Assembly (NCBI GenBank): GCA_030650025.1
Contig: JAUSEN010000009.1
Span: 93,144 to 157,143, forward strand
Length of the DNA stretch: 64,000 nucleotides
Direction of reading: 5' to 3'
From: Candidatus Magasanikiibacteriota bacterium
GTDB taxonomy: Bacteria > Patescibacteriota > Patescibacteriia > Magasanikbacterales > GWA2-37-8
The notes under the pieces were generated by a model. It was not told where the DNA came from and did not search any database. It saw nothing but the letters and a program-made list of their open reading frames with translations. Below are positions 37,594 to 46,954 of the stretch, in pieces. The translations under genes were made by a program, and so were the position numbers. The stretch's first letter is position 1. Each line of letters starts with the position of its first letter.

Positions 37594-38148
37594 ATGGAAT
37601 CCTTATATCAAATCTATTTAAAAACAGTGGTGCCTAAACTCAAGACTGAACTGGGCTATAAAAATGTTATGCAAGTTCCGCGCGTCACTAAAGTGGTGCT
37701 CAACGCTGGTATCGGCCGTTTTATAAAAGACGCTGGTTTTATTGAAACTGTCGAAACCACCCTGTCGCGCATTACCGGCCAAAAGCCAGTGCGCACCAAA
37801 TCCAAGAAGTCAATTTCCAACTTTAAAATTCGCGAAGGCCAGGAAATTGGCGTCATGGTCACTCTGCGCGGCAAACGCATGTACCAATTTTTAGAAAAAT
37901 TAGTCCGGGTTACTTTCCCGCGGGTACGCGATTTTCGTGGTATCCCGAGCACGGCTTTTGACCGTCAAGGCAATTACACGATTGGATTTAAAGAGCATAT
38001 TGCCTTTCCCGAAGTTAAGACCGAAGAAATTGACAAGATCCACGGCCTCCAGGTTATTATCGGCACCACGGCAAAAAATCAGGAGCAAGGCCGCGCGCTC
38101 CTTAAAGCCCTGGGTTTTCCCTTTGCAAACAGTCTTAAAAAATCTTAA
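37594..38148 (+). CDS. rplE: 50S ribosomal protein L5
   Basis: The probable start is MESLYQIY. The track ORF starts 24 nt earlier. Confidence 0.9.
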   Translation: MESLYQIYLKTVVPKLKTELGYKNVMQVPRVTKVVLNAGIGRFIKDAGFIETVETTLSRITGQKPVRTKSKKSISNFKIREGQEIGVMVTLRGKRMYQFLEKLVRVTFPRVRDFRGIPSTAFDRQGNYTIGFKEHIAFPEVKTEEIDKIHGLQVIIGTTAKNQEQGRALLKALGFPFANSLKKS

Positions 38149-38165
38149 AACCACCGCAATAATCT

Positions 38166-38351
38166 ATGGCTACTTGGGCACAAATCAGTAAATCTGCTCG
38201 CAAACCAAAATTTTCTACCCGCCTCGTGCGCCGTTGTTGGCGTTGTGGTCGCGTCCGCGGGTATATGCGCCGTTTTAAATTGTGCCGCATCTGTTTCCGC
38301 GAACTGGCCAATGATGGCAAGATCCCCGGAGTCAGGAAAAGTAGCTGGTAA
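38166..38351 (+). CDS. rpsN: 30S ribosomal protein S14 type Z (zinc-binding)
   Basis: A 61 aa ORF with CWRCGR...CRICFRE. Confidence 0.9.
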   Translation: MATWAQISKSARKPKFSTRLVRRCWRCGRVRGYMRRFKLCRICFRELANDGKIPGVRKSSW

Positions 38352-38387
38352 TCCGCTTAATATAAAATATTTTCTGAAAACTAACGT

Positions 38388-38777
38388 ATGATGACAGATC
38401 CAATTGCCGACATGCTCACCCGAATCCGCAACGCGGTGGGGGTCAAGAAGAGCGCCGTCACAATTCCTTATTCTAAGCTGAAGAAGTCCATCGGCGAAAT
38501 TTTGGTGCGCGAGGGCTATGTCGCTAAAATCGAAGAAGCCAAGACCCCGAGCCATGTTTTGGTTGTGACCCTTAAGTATAACGGCCCCTCTGGCGCGGTG
38601 CAAAGTTTAAAACGTATCAGCCGCCCGGGTAGCCGCCGCTACGTTAAAAAAGATGATATCGAGAGGGTGCTCAATGGGCTGGGGCTCGCGATTCTTTCCA
38701 CGCCCCGCGGCGTCATGACTGATAGCGACGCTATCAAGGCTGGGGTTGGCGGCGAGCTCCTCTGTGAAATTTACTAA
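38388..38777 (+). CDS. rpsH: 30S ribosomal protein S8
   Basis: Canonical S8. Confidence 0.95.
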   Translation: MMTDPIADMLTRIRNAVGVKKSAVTIPYSKLKKSIGEILVREGYVAKIEEAKTPSHVLVVTLKYNGPSGAVQSLKRISRPGSRRYVKKDDIERVLNGLGLAILSTPRGVMTDSDAIKAGVGGELLCEIY

Positions 38778-38789
38778 CGAACAAACAAT

Positions 38790-39338
38790 ATGTCCCGCAT
38801 TGGTAAAAAAATTCGCAATTTCCCCGCTACCGTTTCTGCTGAAGTGAAAAACGGTGAGCTGGTGATTAAGGGCCCAAAAGGCGAACTTAAGCAACGCCTG
38901 CACCCGCATGTTTCGGTTGTTATTCAAAACAATGCTATTGAGGTTAAGGTAGCGAGCGAGGCGGCCAAACGAGACCGAGCCATTTGGGGTACTTTTTCTA
39001 GCCTTATCAACAACATGATTGTGGGCGTTACGGATGGTTTTAAAAAACAGCTCGAAATTAACGGGGTTGGCTACAAAGCTAATCTCAAAGGCGCTGCTTT
39101 AGTTTTAGAAGTGGGTTTTACGCATTCGGTTACTATAGAGCCAGCTTCCGGTATCAAATTTTCTGTTGAGAAAAATCTTATTACCGTGGAGGGTATCGAC
39201 AAACATATGGTCGGCGAAATGGCCGCGCAAATCCGCAAAGTAAAACCGCCGGAGCCTTACAAGGGAAAAGGCATTAAATATATTGACGAAATAATCCACC
39301 GCAAGGCTGGTAAAACTGCCGCCAAAGCCGCGGCCTAA
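38790..39338 (+). CDS. rplF: 50S ribosomal protein L6
   Basis: Canonical L6. Confidence 0.95.
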   Translation: MSRIGKKIRNFPATVSAEVKNGELVIKGPKGELKQRLHPHVSVVIQNNAIEVKVASEAAKRDRAIWGTFSSLINNMIVGVTDGFKKQLEINGVGYKANLKGAALVLEVGFTHSVTIEPASGIKFSVEKNLITVEGIDKHMVGEMAAQIRKVKPPEPYKGKGIKYIDEIIHRKAGKTAAKAAA

Positions 39339-39352
39339 AATAGTATTATTCT

Positions 39353-39727
39353 ATGAAACGCCTCATCATCAATAACAAAAATTCTCGCCGTCAGGTTCGG
39401 CACGCCCGCATCCGCCGGGCGCTGAAAGGCTCCGCGGCTCTGCCGCGCCTTTCCGTTTGGCGCGGGCTTCGTTCCACCACCGCCCAAATCATTGATGACT
39501 CCAGCCACCAGACTTTGGTTTATGTTTCAAGCCGCTCGGTTAAAGCTCCAGTCAGTAAAGACAAAACCATCAAAGTAGCTCTAGCTTATGCCGTCGGTGA
39601 GAAGTTAGCCGCCGCCGCGCTTGAGAAAAGCATTACTAAAGTCGTATTTGATCGGGGAGGTTACAGATATCATGGCCGCGTTCAGGCCTTGGCCGAGGGC
39701 GCTCGCGCCGGCGGTCTCAAGTTTTAA
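39353..39727 (+). CDS. rplR: 50S ribosomal protein L18
   Basis: Canonical L18. Confidence 0.95.
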   Translation: MKRLIINNKNSRRQVRHARIRRALKGSAALPRLSVWRGLRSTTAQIIDDSSHQTLVYVSSRSVKAPVSKDKTIKVALAYAVGEKLAAAALEKSITKVVFDRGGYRYHGRVQALAEGARAGGLKF

Positions 39728-39739
39728 TATTGATTTTTT

Positions 39740-40291
39740 ATGGATAAAAATTTTTCCAAACGCCGCTCGGATAAACCGCGCGAACGGCCAGAGTTTGACC
39801 AAGAGATTTTAGATCTCGCCCGCGTCACACGCGTTACTAAAGGCGGCAAACAATTAAGCTTTCGCGCTTGCGTGATTTTGGGCGATCGCCATGGTAGAGT
39901 GGGCTTAGGTTTAGCCAAAGGTAAAGATGTGCAAAAGGCGGTTGATAAATCCGTGCGCCAAGCTAAAAAGAACATGATTAAAGTGCCAATCGTTAAGGAA
40001 ACTATTCCGCACCATGTCGTAATAAAGTTTAAAGCCACCGCCATCATGTTGAAACCAGCCCCGCGCGGCTCTGGTATTATCGCGGGTGGCGCGGCGCGCG
40101 CCGTGCTCGAGCTCGCGGGCGTTCCGAATGTCTCTTCCAAAATTTTAGGTAAAACTAAAAATAAAATCGTCGTGGCTAAAGCGACCATGGCGGCGCTTGC
40201 CAGTTTTAAGCGTGGCCGCACTGTTAAACAATCGTTTCAGGCTCCGGTTGCGCCCCTAGTTTCAGAAATTAACGCCATTACCGCTGTTTAA
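39740..40291 (+). CDS. rpsE: 30S ribosomal protein S5
   Basis: Canonical S5. It is followed directly by rplO with no L30 gene. Confidence 0.95.
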   Translation: MDKNFSKRRSDKPRERPEFDQEILDLARVTRVTKGGKQLSFRACVILGDRHGRVGLGLAKGKDVQKAVDKSVRQAKKNMIKVPIVKETIPHHVVIKFKATAIMLKPAPRGSGIIAGGAARAVLELAGVPNVSSKILGKTKNKIVVAKATMAALASFKRGRTVKQSFQAPVAPLVSEINAITAV

Positions 40292-40299
40292 TTATTTAT

Positions 40300-40737
40300 A
40301 TGCTCCAAGCTCATACTTTAAAACCAAAACACGGCTCTAAACATCGCGCTAAAGTAGTTGGCCGCGGCAATGCTTCGGGCCACGGCACTATGTCCACCCG
40401 GGGTGGCAAAGGCCAAACCGCTCGTTCCGGCGGATCCGCGGGTCTGCGTACTAAAGCCTTCAAACAAATGATGCAGTCCGTGCCTAAACTGCGCGGTTTT
40501 CACACGCAATTTGTCAAACCGAGCGAAGTTTATCTTTCTGATCTAGACAAGCATTTTGCATCTGGCGATATTGTTACTCTCGCTACTCTCAAAGCCAAAA
40601 ATATTATTAACAACACTGCCAAGCAAGCCAAGGTAGTGCAAACCGGCGAATTGAAGAAAAATTTAACTATTCAAGGGCTCTTGGCCACCCCAGGCGCCGC
40701 GGCTAAGATTAAAGCCGCCGGTGGTGAACTTAAATAA
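40300..40737 (+). CDS. rplO: 50S ribosomal protein L15
   Basis: Canonical L15. Confidence 0.95.
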   Translation: MLQAHTLKPKHGSKHRAKVVGRGNASGHGTMSTRGGKGQTARSGGSAGLRTKAFKQMMQSVPKLRGFHTQFVKPSEVYLSDLDKHFASGDIVTLATLKAKNIINNTAKQAKVVQTGELKKNLTIQGLLATPGAAAKIKAAGGELK

Positions 40738-40750
40738 TTATTTTTAATGC

Positions 40751-40830
40751 TGTCATTCTGAGCGAAGCGAAGAATCTAAGCGTCTCAACGCTTATAACCA
40801 CTTAGATCTTTCGCTTCGCTCAAGATGACA
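40751..40830. repeat. TGTCATTCTGAGCGAAGCGAAGAATC...GATCTTTCGCTTCGCTCAAGATGACA element (copy A3)
   Basis: An 80 nt element between rplO and secY, about 90% identical to copy A2. Confidence 0.85.
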
Positions 40831-40837
40831 TATTCAT

Positions 40838-42112
40838 ATGTGGGAGCGTTTTGTAAGGGTTTGGAAAATTAAGGACATTCGCAATAACCTATTATTTGTC
40901 ATTGCTCTTTTGGTTATTTTTCGTTTAGTGGCGCACATTCCTATTCCGGGCGTTAATATTGGCAACCTCCGAAATTATCTCGCCGGTAATCAAATCCTCG
41001 GCCTCTTGAATGTTTTCTCCGGTGGCACTCTGCAAAATTTTTCCATTGTCATGCTCGGCGTCGGCCCTTATATTACCTCTTCCATCATCTTCCAGCTTTT
41101 AGCTATGATTGTGCCGAGTCTAGAGGAGTTGTCTAAAGAAGGCGAGAGCGGCCAGCAAAAAATCAGCCTTTATACTCGCTGGCTCGCGGTACCATTGGCT
41201 TTTTTGCAGTCCTTTGCCATGATCAAGTTACTGAATCAGTCCGGCGCCGCGATTTTGAGCAACCTCACCCCGTTTCGCACCATTGCCATCATGTTCACTA
41301 TCTCGGCTGGCACCATGTTTTTAATGTGGATTGGCGAATTAATTTCCGAAAAAAAGGTGGGTAATGGCGTTTCCCTCTTAATCTTTGCCGGTATCGTGGC
41401 GGCTTTGCCCGGGAGCGTGCGCAATCTTTTAGTTAACTATGACCCTTCGCAATTATACACGTACGTTATGTTTATTGCCGTCGCTGTTCTTACGGTTGTT
41501 GGTGTGGTTTTTATCAACGAGGGCCAGCGCAACATCCCCGTATCTTATGCCAAGCAGGTGCGCGGCAATCGCATTTACGGCGGCACGAGCACGCACTTGC
41601 CCCTACGCGTTAACATGGCTGGCGTTATTCCCATCATCTTCGCGGTTTCGCTCATCCTTTTTCCTTCCATGATCGCGCAATTTTTTGTCACGGCGCGTTC
41701 GGCTTGGATGGCGGGTTTTGCCTCCGGCACTATTAGACTTTTCCAAAATCAATATTTTTACAACACTTTGTATTTCTTGTTAGTTTGCGGTTTTACTTAC
41801 TTCTACACCGCGGTTGTTTTCCAACCTCAAAAAATGGCCGAGAATCTCCAAAAGCAGGGAGGCTTTATTCCTGGCATTCGCCCGGGCAAAGAAACCGAAG
41901 GCTACCTGGCCTCAACCATGAATCGCCTTAATTTTACCGGCGCTATGTTTCTGGGTGTAATCGCGGTTTTGCCGCTACTCGTCGGCAGTCTGACTGGCAC
42001 GCAATCTCTTCAAATTGGCGGCACTAGCATTTTAATCGTAGTCGCTGTCGCCATTGAAACCGCCAAACAAATCGAGTCCCAGCTTACCATGCACGAATAC
42101 GATTCAGTTTAG
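40838..42112 (+). CDS. secY: preprotein translocase subunit SecY
   Basis: A 424 aa polytopic protein with the SecY signature. Confidence 0.95.
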   Translation: MWERFVRVWKIKDIRNNLLFVIALLVIFRLVAHIPIPGVNIGNLRNYLAGNQILGLLNVFSGGTLQNFSIVMLGVGPYITSSIIFQLLAMIVPSLEELSKEGESGQQKISLYTRWLAVPLAFLQSFAMIKLLNQSGAAILSNLTPFRTIAIMFTISAGTMFLMWIGELISEKKVGNGVSLLIFAGIVAALPGSVRNLLVNYDPSQLYTYVMFIAVAVLTVVGVVFINEGQRNIPVSYAKQVRGNRIYGGTSTHLPLRVNMAGVIPIIFAVSLILFPSMIAQFFVTARSAWMAGFASGTIRLFQNQYFYNTLYFLLVCGFTYFYTAVVFQPQKMAENLQKQGGFIPGIRPGKETEGYLASTMNRLNFTGAMFLGVIAVLPLLVGSLTGTQSLQIGGTSILIVVAVAIETAKQIESQLTMHEYDSV

Positions 42113-42154
42113 GCTCTTGACATTGCCCTCGGTGTGTAGCTATACTTAAAGTGT

Positions 42155-42322
42155 ATGAACGAAGACTTAGTTTTAAACAAATTGTTAGAGCACGATAAAC
42201 GGTTTGAGCGTCTGGACAATAAAGTAGATGGTACGATGACCAAAGAAGATGGGCAAAGAATAATGAGCACGCTTGAGCAGGTGGTAGTAATAGTGAAAAA
42301 AATCCAACTGCAAATGGCGTAA
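42155..42322 (+). CDS. unannotated small ORF (55 aa) with consensus promoter TTGACA-18-TATACT (42117..42146) and terminator (42343..42371)
   Basis: MNEDLVLNKLLEHDKRFERLDNKVDGT... is a leaderless-type start, followed by the hairpin atggctagtttagccat plus a T-run. It falls below the ORF-track cutoff. Confidence 0.4.
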   Translation: MNEDLVLNKLLEHDKRFERLDNKVDGTMTKEDGQRIMSTLEQVVVIVKKIQLQMA

Positions 42323-42461
42323 GCAGTCAAGTACGTTTCTACAATGGCTAGTTTAGCCATTTTTTGTTATAAAAACCAAAATTATTAAACCTGTTTTTTG
42401 TTTGCCAAATTAAAAAAAATTTGCTAAGATTACACTGTTCATTATTTAATTTGCCGTAAAT

Positions 42462-42752
42462 ATGGGCTTTTTTTCCTCTGTCAAATACTCTACTGTCGAG
42501 CATTATTTAACCGAGCACGACGTTAAACGTGTAATTACGTATATCAAAATCCCAACCTTGGCTAGTCACCCGGAGCGCGACCGGTTGATTCAGGATGCTA
42601 TTTTAGGGCGTCGCCGCGGTGATGGCAAAATTTCGCTTCAGCAAATCTACGATGTTTTAACAAGTTTAAAAAATGCTAATCAGATAACTAAATACGATCG
42701 CGCTGAAGTAATGAAAGAGATGAAATTGTTTTATGAACAGAAAGATGCATAA
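42462..42752 (+). CDS. hypothetical protein
   Basis: A 96 aa ORF with a TTGCCA-17-TAAGAT promoter upstream. Confidence 0.4.
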   Translation: MGFFSSVKYSTVEHYLTEHDVKRVITYIKIPTLASHPERDRLIQDAILGRRRGDGKISLQQIYDVLTSLKNANQITKYDRAEVMKEMKLFYEQKDA

Positions 42753-42755
42753 TTT

Positions 42756-42824
42756 TGTCATTCCCGCGCCAGCGGGAATCTAGTTTTTTTAAAACGCTGG
42801 ATCCGCGCTGGCGCGGGGATGACA
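42756..42824. repeat. TGTCATTCCCGCG...GGGGATGACA element (copy B2)
   Basis: It lies between the hypothetical ORF and adk. The track start of adk (42819) lies inside the repeat. Confidence 0.8.
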
Positions 42825-42839
42825 GCAAAGCATAGGATC

Positions 42840-43499
42840 ATGAAAAAAATTATTATTTTACTGGGGCCACCGGGGAGCGGCAAAGGCACCCAGGCCAAAA
42901 TTATCGCCACCAATCATAGTTACGGTCATATTTCCACCGGTGATTTATTGCGCGCGCTTTCTACTCGCCACGACCTCGATGCCGATGAAACTAAAGCGCT
43001 ACGCGAAATGTCTTTCGGGCGCTTGGTCCCGGATTGGCTTATTTATAAACTCGCTTTTGCCGCCGCCGACCAATATTTAAATAATAATCAGGGTGTAGTT
43101 TTCGACGGCGCCATTCGCAACATTTCGCAGGCTCAAGTTTACCAAGAATATTTTTTTGGCAAAAATTTAGCAACCGAAGTTTTGGCGCTGGAGGTCTCTT
43201 TACCAGATGCCCAATCATTTTTGCGCCTTACCGAGCGGAAAATTTGCCGGAATTGCGGAGCGATTTTTGCGCTAGCCAGCGCGCCCGGCGGCCTCTGTGC
43301 TAATTGCGGCGGCGCGTTAATTAGCCGCGCTGATGATAATATCGACGTCGTTAAAAAACGCATTCAGGAACAAGGTAATGCCGCCCTTGAACCGCTCCGT
43401 GAGTTTTATAAAAATCAGAATGCCTACAGCGCAGTGGACGGCCGCGCTACAGTTGATGATGTTAGCCGCCAGATCGAAACGGTTTTGGCGGCTACCTAA
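42840..43499 (+). CDS. adk: adenylate kinase (zinc-lid type)
   Basis: MKKIIILLGPPGSGKGTQ plus a CRNCG...CANCG lid. Confidence 0.9.
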   Translation: MKKIIILLGPPGSGKGTQAKIIATNHSYGHISTGDLLRALSTRHDLDADETKALREMSFGRLVPDWLIYKLAFAAADQYLNNNQGVVFDGAIRNISQAQVYQEYFFGKNLATEVLALEVSLPDAQSFLRLTERKICRNCGAIFALASAPGGLCANCGGALISRADDNIDVVKKRIQEQGNAALEPLREFYKNQNAYSAVDGRATVDDVSRQIETVLAAT

Positions 43500-43502
43500 A
43501 TT

Positions 43503-44324
43503 ATGCTTATCAAATCACCAATCGATCTAAAAAATTTAAAAACCAGCGGCCAGTTAATGGGCAAAGTTCTGGAGCAACTCTCGGCTTTTTGTAAAATAGG
43601 CATGACTACGGCCGCTCTCGATGCTGAAGCGGAGCGTTTAATTTTGGCTTGCGGCGGGAGCCCGGCCTTTAAAGGCTATCATACCGGCGCCGCTCCGGCG
43701 CCCTTTCCCGCTTCAGTTTGTGTCTCCCTCAATGATGAATTGGTTCACGGTATTCCGAGTCGTGAGCGAATAATCAAAGTTGGCGACGTCGTGAGCCTAG
43801 ACATTGGCATGAAATGGGCTCCTAAAAAAATTATTTCCCGTAAAAAAAATATTGATTCTGGCGTATTTACCGATACCGCTGTCACGTTTATAATGGGTAA
43901 ACCAAAATCAGAAGCTGTTAAATTACTGGACGTTACCCGCCAGTCTCTGGAAGCAGGCATCAAGGCCGCGCAGCCCGGCTCTAGTGTCGCCGCCATCGGT
44001 AAAGCCGTGGAGTCTTATGTAAAATCCCAAGGCAATTATGGAATCGTCCGCGATTTAGTTGGCCACGGCGTGGGCCACGCTGTCCACGAAGAGCCGTATA
44101 TCCCGAATTATTACGATCCCAGTTTAGAAAATATTAAACTTGTCCCGGGCATGGTGATCGCGATTGAACCCATGATCGCGCTTGGCGACTGGCGGGTGGT
44201 TACCAAACCCGACGGTTGGACTATTAAGATGAAGGACAATTCACTCTGCGCGCATTTCGAACACACACTAATTATTACAAATAAAGGAAATATTGTAGTA
44301 ACACGCCGCCCAGAAGAAAAATAA
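43503..44324 (+). CDS. map: type I methionine aminopeptidase
   Basis: A pita-bread fold with metal ligands in the region VGHGVGHAVHEEP. Confidence 0.9.
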   Translation: MLIKSPIDLKNLKTSGQLMGKVLEQLSAFCKIGMTTAALDAEAERLILACGGSPAFKGYHTGAAPAPFPASVCVSLNDELVHGIPSRERIIKVGDVVSLDIGMKWAPKKIISRKKNIDSGVFTDTAVTFIMGKPKSEAVKLLDVTRQSLEAGIKAAQPGSSVAAIGKAVESYVKSQGNYGIVRDLVGHGVGHAVHEEPYIPNYYDPSLENIKLVPGMVIAIEPMIALGDWRVVTKPDGWTIKMKDNSLCAHFEHTLIITNKGNIVVTRRPEEK

Positions 44325-44336
44325 CGCCGCGCTTCT

Positions 44337-44726
44337 ATGAAAATTCTCGCCGTTGATTTTGGACAAAAACGCCTCGGCCTCGCTTTTAGCGACATTAATT
44401 TAGATATGGTATTGCCGTTTGGTTTGGTAGTCAAGCGTACTCTTACCGCCCAAGTCAGAGAATTGGCCGCGCTGATTAATAAAGAGGGGGTTAAGCAGGT
44501 GGTGGTGGGGTTTCCGGTTTCTCAAAATGGCCAGGAAAACAAAAACACCGAGCGCGTTAAACAATTCGTTTATGAACTGGGCAAATTAATAGCAGTGCCG
44601 ATTGCATATTTTGACGAACGTTTTACCTCGCAGGCCGCTGATGCCATGGGTGGTAATGTGACGCGGGACGAAAAATCCGCCATGCAAATTTTGGAAGGGT
44701 ACTTGATAAGAAATAAAAAAACATAA
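44337..44726 (+). CDS. ruvX: Holliday-junction resolvase-like RuvX/YqgF
   Basis: MKILAVDFGQKRLGLAFSD. Confidence 0.85.
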   Translation: MKILAVDFGQKRLGLAFSDINLDMVLPFGLVVKRTLTAQVRELAALINKEGVKQVVVGFPVSQNGQENKNTERVKQFVYELGKLIAVPIAYFDERFTSQAADAMGGNVTRDEKSAMQILEGYLIRNKKT

Positions 44727-44728
44727 GA

Positions 44729-44813
44729 CGTCATTGCGAGGAGCGTAGCGACGAAGCAATCTTTCACTAGTCATGAGATCGCCACGACTCGCTTTGCGGG
44801 TCTCGCGATGACA
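44729..44813. repeat. degenerate TGTCAT...ATGACA element (copy A4)
   Basis: cgtcattgcgaggagcgtagcgacgaagcaatc ... ctcgcgatgaca, lying between ruvX and recO. Confidence 0.6.
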
Positions 44814-44820
44814 AACACAT

Positions 44821-45558
44821 ATGCAAGCTATCGTACTATCTAGGCGGCCGTGGCGCGACCACGACGAAGTTATTACGCTTTTTACCGATGAACTTGGTAA
44901 GATAGAAGCGCTGGCGCGCGGCAGTAAAAAAATTATTTCTAAAAATTCTCCTTCTTTAGAGCCGCCCTCTCTTTGCCAGGTGTCCTTAATTCCTGCTAAA
45001 GAAAATTGGTTGCTAACCACTGCCGAGGCGGTTACCAGTTTTTCGAATATCCGGCAAAATTTAGAGAAGGCTTTGGTTGCCGCGCGTTCCTGTGCCGTGA
45101 TTGAAAAAATATTACCACCAGCCGAGCCCGACAGCGAATTATTTAATAATTTTAAAGATTGGCTAATTTTTTTAGAGAGCGCCACTCTCGGGCTAACGTC
45201 GCTGTATCCGGCTTTTATTCTTAAACTGGTTGGCCACTCTGGTTTTCGCCCAAATTTATACGCCTGCGCCGAGTGCGCCGAGGATAAATTGCCCAAGCTT
45301 AATTTATATTTCTCTGTTTCCTCGGGCGGGCTTTTATGTGAGGCTTGCGCTACTGGATCCGTTCTTTCCGGGCAACCTCCACAACCCATCTTTAAGATCT
45401 CGACCGATGTTGTGAAGGCGCTACGCTTATATTTAGTTGGCTCTTGGGATGTAATTAGCCGGCTTAAATTAAGTGAAGAAAATTTAAAGCAGATTACGGC
45501 TGTTATCAAGAATTTTTTTGAATTTCATTTCGCGCAAAAAATAAATATTTTTATCTAA
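44821..45558 (+). CDS. recO: DNA repair protein RecO
   Basis: A 245 aa protein with an OB fold and a CxxC...CxxC zinc motif. Confidence 0.8.
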   Translation: MQAIVLSRRPWRDHDEVITLFTDELGKIEALARGSKKIISKNSPSLEPPSLCQVSLIPAKENWLLTTAEAVTSFSNIRQNLEKALVAARSCAVIEKILPPAEPDSELFNNFKDWLIFLESATLGLTSLYPAFILKLVGHSGFRPNLYACAECAEDKLPKLNLYFSVSSGGLLCEACATGSVLSGQPPQPIFKISTDVVKALRLYLVGSWDVISRLKLSEENLKQITAVIKNFFEFHFAQKINIFI

Positions 45559-45640
45559 AAAAATTACAGTCAGTTCTTGCGGAATTTAGCTAGCTGTAGT
45601 ACAATTTAGAGCATAAGTTGCAATATAAAAACCTTGATTT

Positions 45641-46933
45641 ATGGAAGTTTTTATTCCTCAAATGGCCGAGCAAGTTGGCCAAAATGTTACTCTCCAAGGC
45701 TGGCTGAACAATAAGCGCAGTAGCGGCCCGATTAGCTTTTTAGAAATTAGGGATGGCCAGGGTTTTGTCCAAGCAGTCGCCGCTAAGAAAGATTTATCAG
45801 AAACAATCTGGGCTGAAGTCGAGAAAGCGACTCAAGAATCTTCGGTTATAATTTCTGGAGTTGTTGCTAAGCACCCCAAGCGCGAGGGCGTTTATGAACT
45901 GCAAGTGACAGATTTTAAAATTATTCAGCTCGCGCACGATTATCCAATCGCTAAAAAAGATCACGGCCCGGATTTTTTAATGGACCACCGCCACTTGTGG
46001 CTCCGCAGTCGCCGCCAGTGGGCGATACTGCGTATTCGCGACGCTATCAAAACCGCTATTCACGCTTATTTGCATCAGGAAAAATTTATCAGCGTGGATT
46101 CACCGATTTTTACTCCCAACGCCTGTGAAGGCGCTACTACCTTGTTTAAAATTCCCTACTTTGATTTAGGCGATGCCTACCTCTCGCAATCCGGCCAGCT
46201 TTATATTGAAGCCGCCATTGCTTCTGTCGGGCGGTGCTACGATTTTGGGCCGGTCTTCCGAGCCGAAAAAAGCAAAACCAAACGCCACCTCACGGAATTT
46301 TGGATGATGGACGCCGAAGGAGCGTTTATGGATCACGAAGCTAATCTCAAGAATCAAGAAGGATTGGTGCGCGCCATAATCCGCCATTGTTTAGCCAATT
46401 GCCAAGCAGAGCTGGCTATTCTAGAGCGTAATATTGACAATCTTAAAAAAGCTGACGCGCCGTTTACACGCTACACTTATACCGAGGCAATCAAAAAATT
46501 GCATGAACTGGGGAGCGATATTAAATTTGGCGAAGATTTAGGCAACGATGACGAAGGTTTGCTCACCAAAGATAGCGCCGTGCCCATATTTATCGAAAAA
46601 TGGCCAAAATCAATTAAGCCATTTTATATGAAACGAGATCCCAATAATCCGGACCTGGTTTTAAACGACGATCTCATCGCTACCGAAGGCGGTGGCGAAA
46701 TAATTGGTGGTTCCGAGCGTGAAGATGATTTTGATTTGCTTTCAGAAAAAATCGCGGCCGAAGGTTTGCTAGGAGAAGAATACCAGTGGTATCTTGATCT
46801 GCGCCGCTATGGCGCCGTGCCGCACTCTGGCTTTGGCATTGGTCTAGAGCGCGTCGTGCGCTGGATCTCCGGCACCGAGCATATTCGCGAGTGTATTCCC
46901 TTTCCGCGCACGATTGGAAGATTGCGGCCATAA
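45641..46933 (+). CDS. asnS: class IIb aminoacyl-tRNA synthetase, AsnRS-like (Asn/Asp)
   Basis: An N-terminal OB anticodon-binding domain, a motif 2 FRAE and a motif 3 GFGIGLERVV. LSQSGQL is more AsnRS-like than the AspRS QSPQ motif. gatB is also present in the window, so ND-AspRS cannot be excluded. Confidence 0.7.
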   Translation: MEVFIPQMAEQVGQNVTLQGWLNNKRSSGPISFLEIRDGQGFVQAVAAKKDLSETIWAEVEKATQESSVIISGVVAKHPKREGVYELQVTDFKIIQLAHDYPIAKKDHGPDFLMDHRHLWLRSRRQWAILRIRDAIKTAIHAYLHQEKFISVDSPIFTPNACEGATTLFKIPYFDLGDAYLSQSGQLYIEAAIASVGRCYDFGPVFRAEKSKTKRHLTEFWMMDAEGAFMDHEANLKNQEGLVRAIIRHCLANCQAELAILERNIDNLKKADAPFTRYTYTEAIKKLHELGSDIKFGEDLGNDDEGLLTKDSAVPIFIEKWPKSIKPFYMKRDPNNPDLVLNDDLIATEGGGEIIGGSEREDDFDLLSEKIAAEGLLGEEYQWYLDLRRYGAVPHSGFGIGLERVVRWISGTEHIRECIPFPRTIGRLRP

Positions 46934-46954
46934 AATTAAAAAAATTGGCTAAAA

